Source: Cyanobium usitatum str. Tous
Lineage (GTDB): Bacteria; Cyanobacteriota; Cyanobacteriia; PCC-6307; Cyanobiaceae
Direction: 5' to 3'
Assembly: GCF_963920485.1 (NCBI RefSeq)
Contig: NZ_OY986431.1
Coordinates: 2,315,351 to 2,347,350, forward strand
DNA: 32,000 nt
This document shows, piece by piece, positions 1-11,633 of this stretch (its first letter is position 1; each line of letters starts with the position of its first letter). Both the position numbers and the translations under genes were made by a program. The notes under the pieces are model-generated. The model saw only the letters and a list, made by a program, of their open reading frames with translations. It was not told where the DNA came from and ran no database searches.

Positions 1-101
1 GAGCCTCGGCCCTGCGCCGACTCAAACCCTGGATGTGGCGACGCAACCTGCGGGCCAGCCGGAGCGGCACTACCTAGGCTGGCCAAACCCGTCTGCCCGT
101 A

Positions 102-1010
102 ATGGCTCCGCGCTGGTCGCGCCCTGATTTCAGAACTGCCCTGCTGCCCGCTGCCCTCGGGCTGCTGCTGACAGCGGGGCTGCCCGCCCGGGCGTTGGTG
201 CCCTACGTGTACGTGCCCCAACGGCAGGAACTCGAAGCTGCCGGTCTGGGCATCGCCCAGGCGGCGGCCCGGCTGCTGCGACTTGGTCAAGCCAAGGACG
301 CCGCCAGGCTGGCTGCCCTGACGGTGCAGCTGCTACCAGAAGATCCCCGCGGCTGGGTGTTGCTGGCTGAGGCCCAGCTGCGCAGCAACCAGCTTGAACA
401 GGCCGGCACCTCATTGGCCAAGGCCAAGAAACTCGATCCAAGCAACCCTGGAATCTGGTTTGCCGAGGGTTCCCTAGCCCTACGGGCCGGCAAACCCAAT
501 GAGGCAATCGGCCTTTTGGAGCAGGGCCTGAAACTGGACAAGCGCAACGCCGGCGCCTATTTCGACTTGGGCAACGCCCGCATCCTGCTAGGCCAGAGCG
601 GCCAAGCCTTGGCTGCCTTTGAGCGGGCCTCTTCCCTGCGCAAAGGCTTCTGGGAGGCCCTCAACAACCAGGGGCTGGTGTTGTTCGAGCAAGGCAATTC
701 AAAGGCGGCCATCAGCCGCTGGCGCGAGGTGTTGAAGATCAAGCCAGATGCGGCTGAACCAAGCCTGGCCCTGGCCGCCAGCCTGTTTGCCAACGGTCCG
801 GAAAATCGCAGCGAGGCTGTCGAATTGGTTGGCAAGGCCCTCGACGCCGAACCCAACTACGTGCTCGACAGCCACCAGAAGGACCAGCTCTGGGGACCGA
901 AGCTGCGCAGCACCACCGCCGAACTCTTCAAGCTGCCCGAACTCAAACCCGTGGTGGATCGAGCCCTTGCCAATGCCAGCCCGGAGGGCGAAAGCAGCGA
1001 CGAGGAGTAA
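102..1010 (+). CDS. TPR-repeat protein with N-terminal signal peptide
   Basis: 302-aa ORF. Hydrophobic N-terminus (LLPAALGLLLTAGLPARA) is followed by repeated ~34-aa helical units typical of TPR, e.g. AEAQLRSNQLEQAGTSLAKAKKLDPSNP, WFAEGSLALRAGKPNEAIGLLEQGLKLDKRNA, YFDLGNARILLGQSGQALAAFERASSL. It sits next to the gyrA-like gene, as I recall for picocyanobacterial genomes. Confidence 0.8.
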   Translation: MAPRWSRPDFRTALLPAALGLLLTAGLPARALVPYVYVPQRQELEAAGLGIAQAAARLLRLGQAKDAARLAALTVQLLPEDPRGWVLLAEAQLRSNQLEQAGTSLAKAKKLDPSNPGIWFAEGSLALRAGKPNEAIGLLEQGLKLDKRNAGAYFDLGNARILLGQSGQALAAFERASSLRKGFWEALNNQGLVLFEQGNSKAAISRWREVLKIKPDAAEPSLALAASLFANGPENRSEAVELVGKALDAEPNYVLDSHQKDQLWGPKLRSTTAELFKLPELKPVVDRALANASPEGESSDEE

Positions 1011-1075
1011 ACGGGGAGGCCTGGACAGCATCTGTAGGCTGAGCCCCAGCTTGCTGCCCCAGACCCCAACACCGG

Positions 1076-3604
<2,529 letters not shown>

Positions 3605-3627
3605 CTGCCAAGGGCACCAGGCAGCCC

Positions 3628-5115
3628 TTAGAGCTCTTGCAACACCTTGGCGGCGATGCCAGCCGGCTCAAGCATCAGCTTGCTGGAGCGCACCTGCTCG
3701 TCCATTTCGATCGGATAGGCACCGTCAAAACAAGCGGTGCAGAAGTGGGCGGAATTGGCATGGGCCGCATCCACCATGCCCTGCTTGCTCAGGTAGGCGA
3801 GCGAATCGACACCAAGGTGGACGGCAATTTCTTCCAGGGTGAGGCGAGCAGCAATCAACTGGTCCTGGGTATCGGTATCGATGCCGTAGAAGCAGGGGTG
3901 GGTGACTGGCGGCGAACTAATCCGCATATGCACCTCGGTGGCACCGGCATCCCGCAGGGCTTGCACCAACTTGCGACTGGTGGTGCCCCGCACGATTGAG
4001 TCGTCGATCACCACAACGCGCTTGCCGGCAAGTACATCTGGCAGGGGGTTGAGCTTCACCCTGATGCCGGCCTCCCGCATCGCCTGAGTGGGCTGGATGA
4101 AGGTGCGGCCCACATAGCGGTTCTTGATCAAGCCGTCAGCAAACGGGATACCACTGAGCTGGGAATAGCCAATCGCCGCCGGAATACCGGAATCGGGAAC
4201 GCCGATGACGATGTCGGCTTCTACCGGTGTTTCACGAGCCAGGGCCTCGCCAATTCGCACCCTGTAGCTGTAGAGGGATTCGCCGAAAAAGCGGCTATCT
4301 GGCCGGGCGAAATAGATCATCTCGAAGACGCACAGCTTGGTGGGCTGCTCGCACCAACGGCTGCGGCTGGGTTCGGCTTGGCCTGGACGGAAATGGATGA
4401 TTTCGCCGGGCTCCACATCGCCATCAAAGGCGGCTCCAATGATGTCTAGCCCGCACGACTCACTGCTCACCACCCACTGGGCTTGCTGCGTTTCACCGAT
4501 ATGGCCAAACACCAAAGGCCGGATGCCATGGCCATCCCGGAGGGCGAAAAGCCCATCAGGAGTGCCGATCACCAGGCTGAAGGCACCGCGGCAGCACTCG
4601 GCAGCTGCCCTAATCGCCCCATCCCAATCCAGGCCCCGGTTCACGGCCTGCTGAATCGCAAAAGCGATCAGTTCGGAGTCGGTGGTGGAGGTGAGCTCAC
4701 TGGCAATGGCCGCCAGGTCGTGGCGGAGCTCGGCTGCGTTGACCAAATTGCCGTTATGGGCAAGGGCGAAAGGACCAATGCGGGTATTGAGCACCACCGG
4801 CTGGGCGTTGCAAACCTTGCTGCTGCCGGTGGTGGAATAGCGGTTGTGGCCGATAGCTAGATCGCCAGTGAGGCGCTCCAACACGGCCTGATCAAACACC
4901 TGGCTCACCAGGCCCATGTCCTTGTGCAAGCGCACCTTGCGCTCTGCATCAAACACGGCGATACCGGCTGATTCCTGGCCCCGATGCTGCAGGGCGTATA
5001 GGCCGAAATAGGTGAGGTTGGCCACCGGTTGCCCCGGCGCCAGCACGGCATAGACGCCGCAGGCTTCCTCGGGCTTGTCCGGACGCATCACCAGCACAGG
5101 CCCATCAACAATCAC
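3628..5115 (-). CDS. purF: amidophosphoribosyltransferase
   Basis: 495-aa ORF with a GTG start at 5115. Short propeptide precedes the Ntn-Cys (PDKPEEACGVYAV). Also has LAHNGNLVNA, the PRPP-binding VVVIDDSIVRGTTS, and C-terminal Cys motifs (HPCFYGID, CTACFDG). It begins 9 nt after the purL stop. Confidence 0.95.
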   Translation of the reverse strand: MIVDGPVLVMRPDKPEEACGVYAVLAPGQPVANLTYFGLYALQHRGQESAGIAVFDAERKVRLHKDMGLVSQVFDQAVLERLTGDLAIGHNRYSTTGSSKVCNAQPVVLNTRIGPFALAHNGNLVNAAELRHDLAAIASELTSTTDSELIAFAIQQAVNRGLDWDGAIRAAAECCRGAFSLVIGTPDGLFALRDGHGIRPLVFGHIGETQQAQWVVSSESCGLDIIGAAFDGDVEPGEIIHFRPGQAEPSRSRWCEQPTKLCVFEMIYFARPDSRFFGESLYSYRVRIGEALARETPVEADIVIGVPDSGIPAAIGYSQLSGIPFADGLIKNRYVGRTFIQPTQAMREAGIRVKLNPLPDVLAGKRVVVIDDSIVRGTTSRKLVQALRDAGATEVHMRISSPPVTHPCFYGIDTDTQDQLIAARLTLEEIAVHLGVDSLAYLSKQGMVDAAHANSAHFCTACFDGAYPIEMDEQVRSSKLMLEPAGIAAKVLQEL

Positions 5116-5124
5116 GGTGAAATT

Positions 5125-7524
5125 TCATTCTGCACGAGCGCCCTCGCCCATTCGCCGCGGGATGGCCTGCTCATAGCAGGCCTCCAGTGCCGCCAGGCTC
5201 TGCTCAAGCAAAGGCTGGCCTGCTTGGCGAATTACAAAGCTGGCAGCGGCCGTAACCACACCAAGCCGCTCAGCTGGCACCGCCGCCGCCACCAGAGCCT
5301 GCTGCCAGGCGGCATTTTGGCCGGCTGGCACGCTCACCAGGATGCGGGCACCACCCTCGGCAAACAGCAGCCGATCCAGCCGGGCGCTGCTGGCCGGGAT
5401 CTCCAGCTCAGCTCCCAGAGGTATTAAAGCCATGGTGGCGATGCAGCACTCGGCGGCAGCCACCGCCAGGCCGCCATCGCTGAGGTCGTGGGCGGAGGCC
5501 ACAAGACCGGCGGCGATCGCTTGGCGCAGGAAGCCCTGAACCGCGCGCTCCAATTGCAGATCAATCTCCGGCGGGCGCCCCGTGACGGCTGCATGGAGCC
5601 GCTCCAGATAGCTGCTGCCGGCCAGGCTCAAGCGGGGATCGGCTGGAGTATCTCCCGTTTCCAGCGGCACCCCCAGCAACCAGATGGCATCGCCGGCCTG
5701 GCGCCAAGCCTGGCCGCGCACGTGGGCCAGATCGTGCACAAGGCCCACCATGCCCACCACCGGGGTGGGGTGGATCGGCTGCATGGTGCCGTTAGGCAGG
5801 CGAGTTTCGTTGTAGAGGGAGACGTTGCCGCCGGTGACAGGGGTATCCAGGGCGGTGCAGGCGGCCGAGAGGCCGCGGCAGGCCAGGGCCAGTTGCCAGT
5901 AGCCGGTGGGGGTTTCCGGCGAAGGGAAGTTGAGGTTGTCGGTGATCGCCAGGGGCTCGGCGCCCACGCAGCTGAGATTGCGAGCCGCCTCAGCCACCGC
6001 CGCCATGGCGCCGCGCTCGGGGTCGAGGGCCACCCAGCGGTTGGGGCAGTCCACCACAGCCGCCACACCGCGCGTAGCCGCCGCCATGGCGCCCTCCCCC
6101 TGCTGGGGCCTCAGCCGCACCACAGCCGCATCAGCGCCGCCAGGGGGCACCACGGTGTTGGCCTGCACCTGGTGGTCGTACTGGCGATACACCCAGCGCT
6201 TGGAGGCGATGGTGGGATCGTCGAGCAGCGCCAGCAGGGCGTCATTCCAGCTGAAGGGCAGCTCGGTGGGCAGATCGGCCTCCCTCCAGCGCCAGTGGGC
6301 CTGGATCTCAGCCGGGGGTTCGCTGATCAGGTCGTGGTGGTTGATCGGGGTGTCGTCGGCCAGGGCACTGGCGGGCACCTCGGCGGCCACCTGGCCGTGC
6401 TGGAGCACCCGCACGATGTTGTCCTCCAACACCCTTCCCACCACGGCTGCCTGCAGGCCCCAGCGGCTGAAGCGCGCCATCAGCGCCTCTTCCCGGCCGG
6501 GCTTGACCACAAACAGCATCCGCTCCTGGGATTCGCTGAGCAAAAACTCATAGGCGGTCATGCCGGCCTCACGGGCGGGCACCTTGTCGAGGTCGAGCTC
6601 GATGCCCAGGCCCCCCTTGGCCGCCATCTCCGAGCAGCTACAGGTGAGGCCGGCAGCGCCCATGTCTTGGGCGGCCACCACATCACCGCTCTGGAAAGCC
6701 TCCAGGCAGGCCTCGATCAGGCCTTTTTCGAGGAAGGGATCTCCCACCTGCACGGCGGGGCGATCATCCAGGGAGGCCTCGGTGAGCTCGGCAGAGGCAA
6801 AGCTGGCGCCGCCCATGCCATCGCGACCGGTGGTGCTGCCCACGTAGATCACCGGGTAGCCCACCCCCTCGGCGCCGGAGCAGACGATCTCCTCGGTTTC
6901 CATCAGCCCCAGGGCCATGGCATTCACCAGCGGGTTGCCGGAGTAGCTGGGGTCAAACGCCACCTCACCACCCACGGTGGGCACGCCGACGCAGTTGCCG
7001 TAGTGGGCAATGCCGGCCACCACGCCCTCCATCAGGCCCACGTTGCGCTCATCTTCCAAGGGCCCGAAGCGCAGGGCGTTTAGCAGGGCGATGGGGCGCG
7101 CACCCATGGTGAAGATGTCGCGCAGGATGCCGCCCACCCCCGTGGCCGCCCCCTGGAACGGCTCCACCGCCGAGGGGTGGTTGTGGCTCTCGATCTTGAA
7201 GGCCAGGCGCTGGCCCTCGCCCAGATCCACCACGCCGGCGTTCTCACCGGGGCCCACCAGGATGCGGGGGCCGGTGGTGGGGAATCCCTGCAGCAGCGGC
7301 CGCGAGTTGCGGTAGCAGCAGTGCTCCGACCACATCACCCCAAACATGCCCAGTTCGGCCCGGTTGGGAGCGCGGCCAAGGCGACGGCAAATCTCGTCGT
7401 AGTCGGCCTGGCTTAGGTTCTCCTTCTTGAGGGCATCGGGAACCGAATAGGCCGGTGCTTCGAAAGAGGCGGCAACCACGTGCAGCTGGGCAAGATCCCT
7501 GCAGTCTCGCCGAGCGGGCCTCAC
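5125..7524 (-). CDS. purL: phosphoribosylformylglycinamidine synthase subunit PurL
   Basis: 799-aa ORF with [32 protein letters not shown] and duplicated AIR-synthase-like domains. The start is uncertain: GTG at 7524, or an in-frame GTG at 7479 that gives an N-terminus length closer to homologs as I recall them. Confidence 0.93.
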   Translation of the reverse strand: MRPARRDCRDLAQLHVVAASFEAPAYSVPDALKKENLSQADYDEICRRLGRAPNRAELGMFGVMWSEHCCYRNSRPLLQGFPTTGPRILVGPGENAGVVDLGEGQRLAFKIESHNHPSAVEPFQGAATGVGGILRDIFTMGARPIALLNALRFGPLEDERNVGLMEGVVAGIAHYGNCVGVPTVGGEVAFDPSYSGNPLVNAMALGLMETEEIVCSGAEGVGYPVIYVGSTTGRDGMGGASFASAELTEASLDDRPAVQVGDPFLEKGLIEACLEAFQSGDVVAAQDMGAAGLTCSCSEMAAKGGLGIELDLDKVPAREAGMTAYEFLLSESQERMLFVVKPGREEALMARFSRWGLQAAVVGRVLEDNIVRVLQHGQVAAEVPASALADDTPINHHDLISEPPAEIQAHWRWREADLPTELPFSWNDALLALLDDPTIASKRWVYRQYDHQVQANTVVPPGGADAAVVRLRPQQGEGAMAAATRGVAAVVDCPNRWVALDPERGAMAAVAEAARNLSCVGAEPLAITDNLNFPSPETPTGYWQLALACRGLSAACTALDTPVTGGNVSLYNETRLPNGTMQPIHPTPVVGMVGLVHDLAHVRGQAWRQAGDAIWLLGVPLETGDTPADPRLSLAGSSYLERLHAAVTGRPPEIDLQLERAVQGFLRQAIAAGLVASAHDLSDGGLAVAAAECCIATMALIPLGAELEIPASSARLDRLLFAEGGARILVSVPAGQNAAWQQALVAAAVPAERLGVVTAAASFVIRQAGQPLLEQSLAALEACYEQAIPRRMGEGARAE

Positions 7525-7551
7525 AGCAACCGGAACTGGTCTAAGCAGGGT

Positions 7552-8262
7552 TCAAATCCAGGGATCTTCCTCTTCAGCAGGAGGACCAGACCGGCGGCGG
7601 CGAGGGGGGTAATCGGTTTCGTAGGGCTGCTCTAACCCCTCCGGCTCCTGCCAGGGCGGCTCCTCAAGCCAGCCCTCCAGCCGCTCCTCAAATCGGTTGC
7701 CCGCCTCCTGCACCTGATCGCGCCACCGCCTTGAACGACGCAAAAACTCTTGCCGCACACTTGCCCGGGCTAGGGGCAGGTCGTCGATGCTCTCCAGGGC
7801 GGTGAGCACCTGGCCTGGCTGCTGATCCAGCAGGCGATCCAAGCTCAATCGCCAACGGCTGCTGCCCGGCAGGCGTGGATCACTGCGACTCACCAGGTAG
7901 TGGCGAATACGGCCGCTACGCAACTCGATGGCGGCATCGGCCAAGGTGCCAATCGGTTGCTGGCGGCGATCCAGCACAGCCGCATCGATCAAGGTCGGCA
8001 GCTTCTCCAACACACCAAGCTCTGTTTCAGCTGGTTCTCCCTGCACAAGTACTTCCAGCTCGGCAATGCCCCGCAACTGGTTGAGACGCCACACCTCGCG
8101 GCGATTGCCAAAAGCCGACGGCTTTGAAACCCAACCCAGCACCCGATGCACAGGGGGATGCATCCACACCTTCACGCCGGCACCGTGATCGAGCCCCTGA
8201 TCGCAGCGGACATGACGACGCAGCAACTCACTCAGCAGAACCTGCTCCGGAAGGGGAGCCAC
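7552..8262 (-). CDS. conserved hypothetical protein, PRC-barrel-like, acidic/Pro-rich C-terminus
   Basis: The ORF track gives 7552..8355, but that N-terminus overlaps dnaN by 91 nt. An in-frame GTG at 8262 lies 2 nt after the dnaN TGA (8267..8265) and gives 236 aa. LLSELLRRHVRCDQGLDHGAGVKVWMHPPVHRVLGW and LIDAAVLDRRQQPIGTLADAAIELRSGRIRHYLV resemble PRC-barrel strands. Its position between dnaN and purL matches recalled picocyanobacterial synteny. Confidence 0.7.
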   Translation of the reverse strand: MAPLPEQVLLSELLRRHVRCDQGLDHGAGVKVWMHPPVHRVLGWVSKPSAFGNRREVWRLNQLRGIAELEVLVQGEPAETELGVLEKLPTLIDAAVLDRRQQPIGTLADAAIELRSGRIRHYLVSRSDPRLPGSSRWRLSLDRLLDQQPGQVLTALESIDDLPLARASVRQEFLRRSRRWRDQVQEAGNRFEERLEGWLEEPPWQEPEGLEQPYETDYPPRRRRSGPPAEEEDPWI

Positions 8263-8264
8263 CG

Positions 8265-9410
8265 TCAGCTGCGGATCTGAACGGGCATCACCAGGTAGGT
8301 GAATTGATCCCCTTCCACAGGCGTCAAAATCGCCGGCGTGGTGGGGGCGTTGCACTGCAACAGCACCCGATCACAGGCCATGGCCTTGAGACCATCGAGC
8401 AGGTAGCGCACGTTGAAGGCAATCTGAATCGCTTCACCCTCGATGGTGGCTGCGAGTCCTTCAGAACCACTGCCCACGTCCTGGGCATCGGCCTGAATCA
8501 ATATTTGACCGGTGGCGGGCTCGGCGCTGAGCTTGACGACATTGTTGTGCTGATCAGCAAGCACCGCCACCCGCTCAAGGGCCGACACCAAAGCGCGGCG
8601 CTCGAGGTTGATCGTGCGAGTGAAGCTATCTGGAATCAGCTGGCGGTAATTGGGGTAGGTGCCATCAAGGCTGCGGCTGGTGAGCACCTGGTCGGCCCAG
8701 AGGAACACCACCTGGCCGCGATCGCAAAACAGGCTCAAGGGCTCTTCAGATTGACGTCCTGAGAGCAGACGCTCCAGCTCCCGCAACGAGCGAGCTGGCA
8801 CGGTGACGGCAAAAGGCTCCTCGGCTTCGTTTTGGCCAGAGGCGGTCGCGTGGGCAAGCCGGAGCACGGCCAGACGATGGCCATCGGTTGCCGCACATTC
8901 CAGCCCGGCCGGATCAAGGTCCAGGTGCACACCAGTGAGCAGTTGCTTGGCTTCATCGCCACTGCTGGCAAAAAGCGTGGCGCGCAAACCCTTAACCAGG
9001 GCTTCCGCTTCCAAACGGATCGGCGTACCGCTCTGCACTAGGGGCAGGTCGGGAAAATCATCGGCAGGCATGCCCCGCATCTGGTAGCTGCCCGAAAGGC
9101 TGGTGAGCTCCACCTGCTCGGAACCCTCAGCGCAATTGAGGGTGATCGGGCTATCACTCGAGAGGCGCGAAACAATTTCGCCAAACAACCGGGCCGGCAG
9201 GGTGATGGCGCCGCTGGTTTCAACGCTGGCACTGATGCTGGTCTGGATACCCAGGCTGAGATCAAAACCGGTGAGGCTGAGTCGTCCCGTGCCCGCATCA
9301 GCGGTGAGCAGCACGTTGGCCAGCACAGGATGGGTGGGGCGACTGGCCACGGCCCGGCTCACCAGCTGCAGGCTGGAGCTGAGTTCAGACTGGGAGCAGA
9401 CCAGCTTCAT
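8265..9410 (-). CDS. dnaN: DNA polymerase III beta sliding clamp
   Basis: 381-aa ORF. The N-terminus MKLVCSQSELSSSLQLVSRAVASRPTHPVLANVLLTAD is typical of DnaN, the length fits three domains, and the C-terminus is YLVMPVQIRS. Confidence 0.95.
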   Translation of the reverse strand: MKLVCSQSELSSSLQLVSRAVASRPTHPVLANVLLTADAGTGRLSLTGFDLSLGIQTSISASVETSGAITLPARLFGEIVSRLSSDSPITLNCAEGSEQVELTSLSGSYQMRGMPADDFPDLPLVQSGTPIRLEAEALVKGLRATLFASSGDEAKQLLTGVHLDLDPAGLECAATDGHRLAVLRLAHATASGQNEAEEPFAVTVPARSLRELERLLSGRQSEEPLSLFCDRGQVVFLWADQVLTSRSLDGTYPNYRQLIPDSFTRTINLERRALVSALERVAVLADQHNNVVKLSAEPATGQILIQADAQDVGSGSEGLAATIEGEAIQIAFNVRYLLDGLKAMACDRVLLQCNAPTTPAILTPVEGDQFTYLVMPVQIRS

Positions 9411-9852
9411 GGCGTTTGTGCTGGGGAGCCTGACGGCTTGATCAAGGGTGACCCCACGCTTCCACAGGGCGGCTGATTCCGCAACGCCGGTGATCCGTCT
9501 TGCTGCGCTCTTCTAAGGATTTGATTGATCAAGTTCAAGAAAGAAATTAAAACCGTTGTAGTAGGGGCTGAGGAAACCGGGAAAAACCGAAAATCTCTCT
9601 GCTGCAGCTGGGTTTGACCTTGATCAGCCCTGGGGTGTGGCCTGGGCCGGCTGGGGTAAAAATCAGCTTTTCCGCCCTTTCCAGAAGCTGGGGAAAACTT
9701 TTAGGCCGAGGAGCTTGGCTAAGGCGAGATCTTCTCCGCGATTTTTAGCCCCTTTTCCCCAGCCGTTCAGCAGACGCTTTGCTGATTGGTTGAAGCTTTT
9801 GGCTAGGCCCGGGCTTGGGCTAAGCCTTTGATTGGGCTAAGCCTTGGCTTGC
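9411..9852. other. candidate chromosomal replication origin (oriC) plus dnaN promoter region
   Basis: This is the only sizeable non-coding gap in the core part of the window, and it lies directly upstream of dnaN. Positions 9511-9560 are 14/50 G+C by hand count. DnaA-box-like motifs, compared with TTTTCCACA: GCTTCCACA 9458-9466, TGGGGTAAA 9652-9660 (rc), TTTTCCGCC 9668-9676, CTTTCCAGA 9677-9685, TGGGGAAAA 9689-9697 (rc, 8/9), TTTTCCCCA 9753-9761 (8/9). No perfect box is present. Confidence 0.6.
9715..9845. repeat. four copies of a TKGGCTARGCC-like motif, including an exact 14-bp direct repeat
   Basis: TTGGCTAAGGC 9715-9725 and TTGGCTAGGCC 9799-9809. TTGGGCTAAGCCTT occurs at 9815-9828 and again, identical, at 9832-9845. 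The core GGCT-A-AGCC is a 9-nt palindrome. Confidence 0.7.
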
Positions 9853-10911
9853 TTAAAAACCCATCACTTCGGCCACCTTGGCGGTGTCCGCCTCCAGACC
9901 GGTATGGAAGCGGGCGTCATTGTTTTCGATGGCGGTGGTTGGATCCTTGAGACCGTTGCCGGTGAGCACACAAACCACCGTGGCTCCCTGGGGCACCTCC
10001 TGGTGGTGCTTGAGCAGGCCTGCAACCGAGGCAGCACTAGCTGGCTCGCAGAACACGCCCTCGCCGCTGCCCAGCAGCTTGTAGGCGTCGATGATTTCAG
10101 CGTCGGTGACGGCCATGAAGCTGCCACCGCTTTCGCTGCGCACGTTTAGGGCCTTTTCGCGATTCACCGGGTTGCCGATGCGGATCGCCGTGGCGATGGT
10201 GTCTGGCTGCTCAACCGTGTGGCCCAGCACCAAGGGAGCAGAACCCGCCGCTTGAAAGCCCATCATTCGGGGCAGCTTGCGGCAATGGCCCTCTTTTAAG
10301 TACTCGTTGAATCCCATCCAGTAGGCGCTGATGTTGCCCGCGTTACCAACCGGGATGCAAAGCCAGTCCGGCGCTTCACCAAGGGCATCCACCACCTCGA
10401 AGGCGGCGGTTTTTTGGCCCTGCAATCGGTAGGGGTTCACCGAATTCACCAGGGTGACCGGATATTTGTTGGCAACTTCCTGCACGATCGCCAGGGCTTT
10501 GTCGAAGTTGCCCTGGATGGCGATTACCTCGGCGCCGTAGAGCAGGGCTTGGGCCAGCTTTCCCTGGGCCACATAGCCATCTGGGATCAGCACGAAGGCC
10601 CGCATGCCGCCGCGGCGGGCGTAGGCGGCCGCAGCAGCAGAGGTGTTGCCCGTGCTGGCGCAGATCACCGCTTCAGAGCCGGCTTCCTTGGCTTTGGAAA
10701 TCGCCATGGTCATGCCCCGGTCTTTAAAGGAGCCGGTGGGGTTGAGGCCGTCGTATTTCAGATAGACCTTGACGCCGCGGCCGATCCGCTCGGCGATCAC
10801 CGGTGCTGGGATCAGGGGTGTGGAACCCTCCCGCAGGGTGATTACGGGTGTGCGATCTGAAACTGGCAGCCAGCGCCGATAGGCCTCGATCAGCCCAGGC
10901 CAGTCCTGCAT
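9853..10911 (-). CDS. thrC: threonine synthase
   Basis: PLP-lysine motif NPTGSFKDRGM, then CASTGNTSAAAAAY, NSVNPYRLQGQKT and LTGNGLKDP. The ATG at 10911 (MQDWPGLIEAYRRWLPV...) aligns with the N-terminus of B. subtilis ThrC as I recall it. The ORF track's longer form begins at GTG 10971. Confidence 0.93.
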   Translation of the reverse strand: MQDWPGLIEAYRRWLPVSDRTPVITLREGSTPLIPAPVIAERIGRGVKVYLKYDGLNPTGSFKDRGMTMAISKAKEAGSEAVICASTGNTSAAAAAYARRGGMRAFVLIPDGYVAQGKLAQALLYGAEVIAIQGNFDKALAIVQEVANKYPVTLVNSVNPYRLQGQKTAAFEVVDALGEAPDWLCIPVGNAGNISAYWMGFNEYLKEGHCRKLPRMMGFQAAGSAPLVLGHTVEQPDTIATAIRIGNPVNREKALNVRSESGGSFMAVTDAEIIDAYKLLGSGEGVFCEPASAASVAGLLKHHQEVPQGATVVCVLTGNGLKDPTTAIENNDARFHTGLEADTAKVAEVMGF

Positions 10912-10996
10912 GGTGGGACGGGCAGCAAAGGGGCCCTTGCTCAAACGCTGCAGAGAACGGAGCAAGGACACGCTTTAGACAGTGACTCCAGTGAAT

Positions 10997-11602
10997 CTAC
11001 GGCGCAGCAGCTGGCGCGTCGCCGCGCAAGCCATCAAGCGGTGATTCGGAGAAGAAGCGCACCAGCTCGGTTATCGAGCTGGCTTTGCTGAGCAGGTTCA
11101 TCAAGGCGGGGATGCTCACTTCCATCTCCTGGGCGGGGTAAGCGCGCAAGAAAGAAAGGGCAGATATCGAACCGTTGCCCTCAACCACCCCCATAACCAT
11201 GGCGGAGCGCATGGCTGGGATACCGGCCTGGGATGCCTTGAGCGGAAACACGATTACAGCTAGACGCTGCAGGATTGCCTCGCCGATTCGGGTGTTGAGC
11301 AGCCTGCTCACCAGGGTTACCGGCAGGCTCACCGACTGATTCAGCAGCTTGGCGATCTCCTGGGGATTTTGGCGGCTGAGGCTCAACACATCGGCGAGCA
11401 GGCCCCGGGCCTGGCCGGTTTTGGCCAGATGCTCCAGGTCGGCAACGGCGATGGAGCGGCGAAAGGCACCGCTTACAAACACCAGATTTTCCGCAGCACC
11501 AGCTGGCGGCAGGCTGACCGCAGGCCAGGGAACGACCAGGCTCAGGCCCAGGGCGATGCCAACAAGGGCCTGACGTTTGCGGCCTATCAACGCTTTTTGC
11601 AT
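10997..11602 (-). CDS. cyanobacterial DUF1400-like secreted protein
   Basis: The ATG at 11602 gives a signal-peptide-like N-terminus (MQKALIGRKRQALVGIALGLSLVVPWPAVSLPPAGA) and avoids overlap with the upstream gene. AENLVFVSGAFRRSIAVADLEHLAKTGQARGLL...RIGEAILQRL matches my recollection of the DUF1400 pattern. Confidence 0.7.
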   Translation of the reverse strand: MQKALIGRKRQALVGIALGLSLVVPWPAVSLPPAGAAENLVFVSGAFRRSIAVADLEHLAKTGQARGLLADVLSLSRQNPQEIAKLLNQSVSLPVTLVSRLLNTRIGEAILQRLAVIVFPLKASQAGIPAMRSAMVMGVVEGNGSISALSFLRAYPAQEMEVSIPALMNLLSKASSITELVRFFSESPLDGLRGDAPAAAP

Positions 11603-11633
11603 GGCCAGAAGCCTACGGCGATTGCTTTGAAAT

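Noticed and set aside
1-77. Possible 3' end of an upstream + strand gene (…ASALRRLKPWMWRRNLRASRSGTT, then a stop codon)
   Set aside because: Only 25 codons are visible and an alternative frame is also open. There is not enough sequence to support a call.
3605-3624. CTGCC…GGCAG inverted repeat between the convergent gyrA-like and purF genes
   Set aside because: The stem is only 5 bp with a 10-nt loop and has no flanking T or A tracts, which is too weak to call a bidirectional terminator.
5488-7083. 531-aa + strand ORF, with neighbouring + ORFs at 5906..6553 and 6560..6847
   Set aside because: It lies entirely antisense to purL. The composition is low-complexity Gly/Ala/His/Arg-rich with no recognisable motifs, typical of stop-poor antisense frames in high-GC DNA.
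7549-7559. GGTTCAAATCC, which resembles a tRNA T-arm and loop
   Set aside because: The flanking bases do not form a T-stem (only 3 of 5 pairs), and I could build no acceptor or anticodon arms. It overlaps the stop codon and C-terminus of the PRC-barrel-like gene.
8263-8355. N-terminal extension of the 7552..8355 ORF that overlaps dnaN
   Set aside because: It would overlap the dnaN 3' end by 91 nt. A GTG 2 nt after the dnaN stop gives a protein of the size I recall for the homologous slot in other picocyanobacteria.
9637-9831. 64-aa + ORF inside the dnaN-thrC spacer
   Set aside because: The start is non-ATG and the sequence is low-complexity and basic (…RPRSLAKARSSPRFLAPFPQPFSRRF…). It spans the DnaA-box-like and repeat motifs, so it is more plausibly non-coding origin or promoter DNA.
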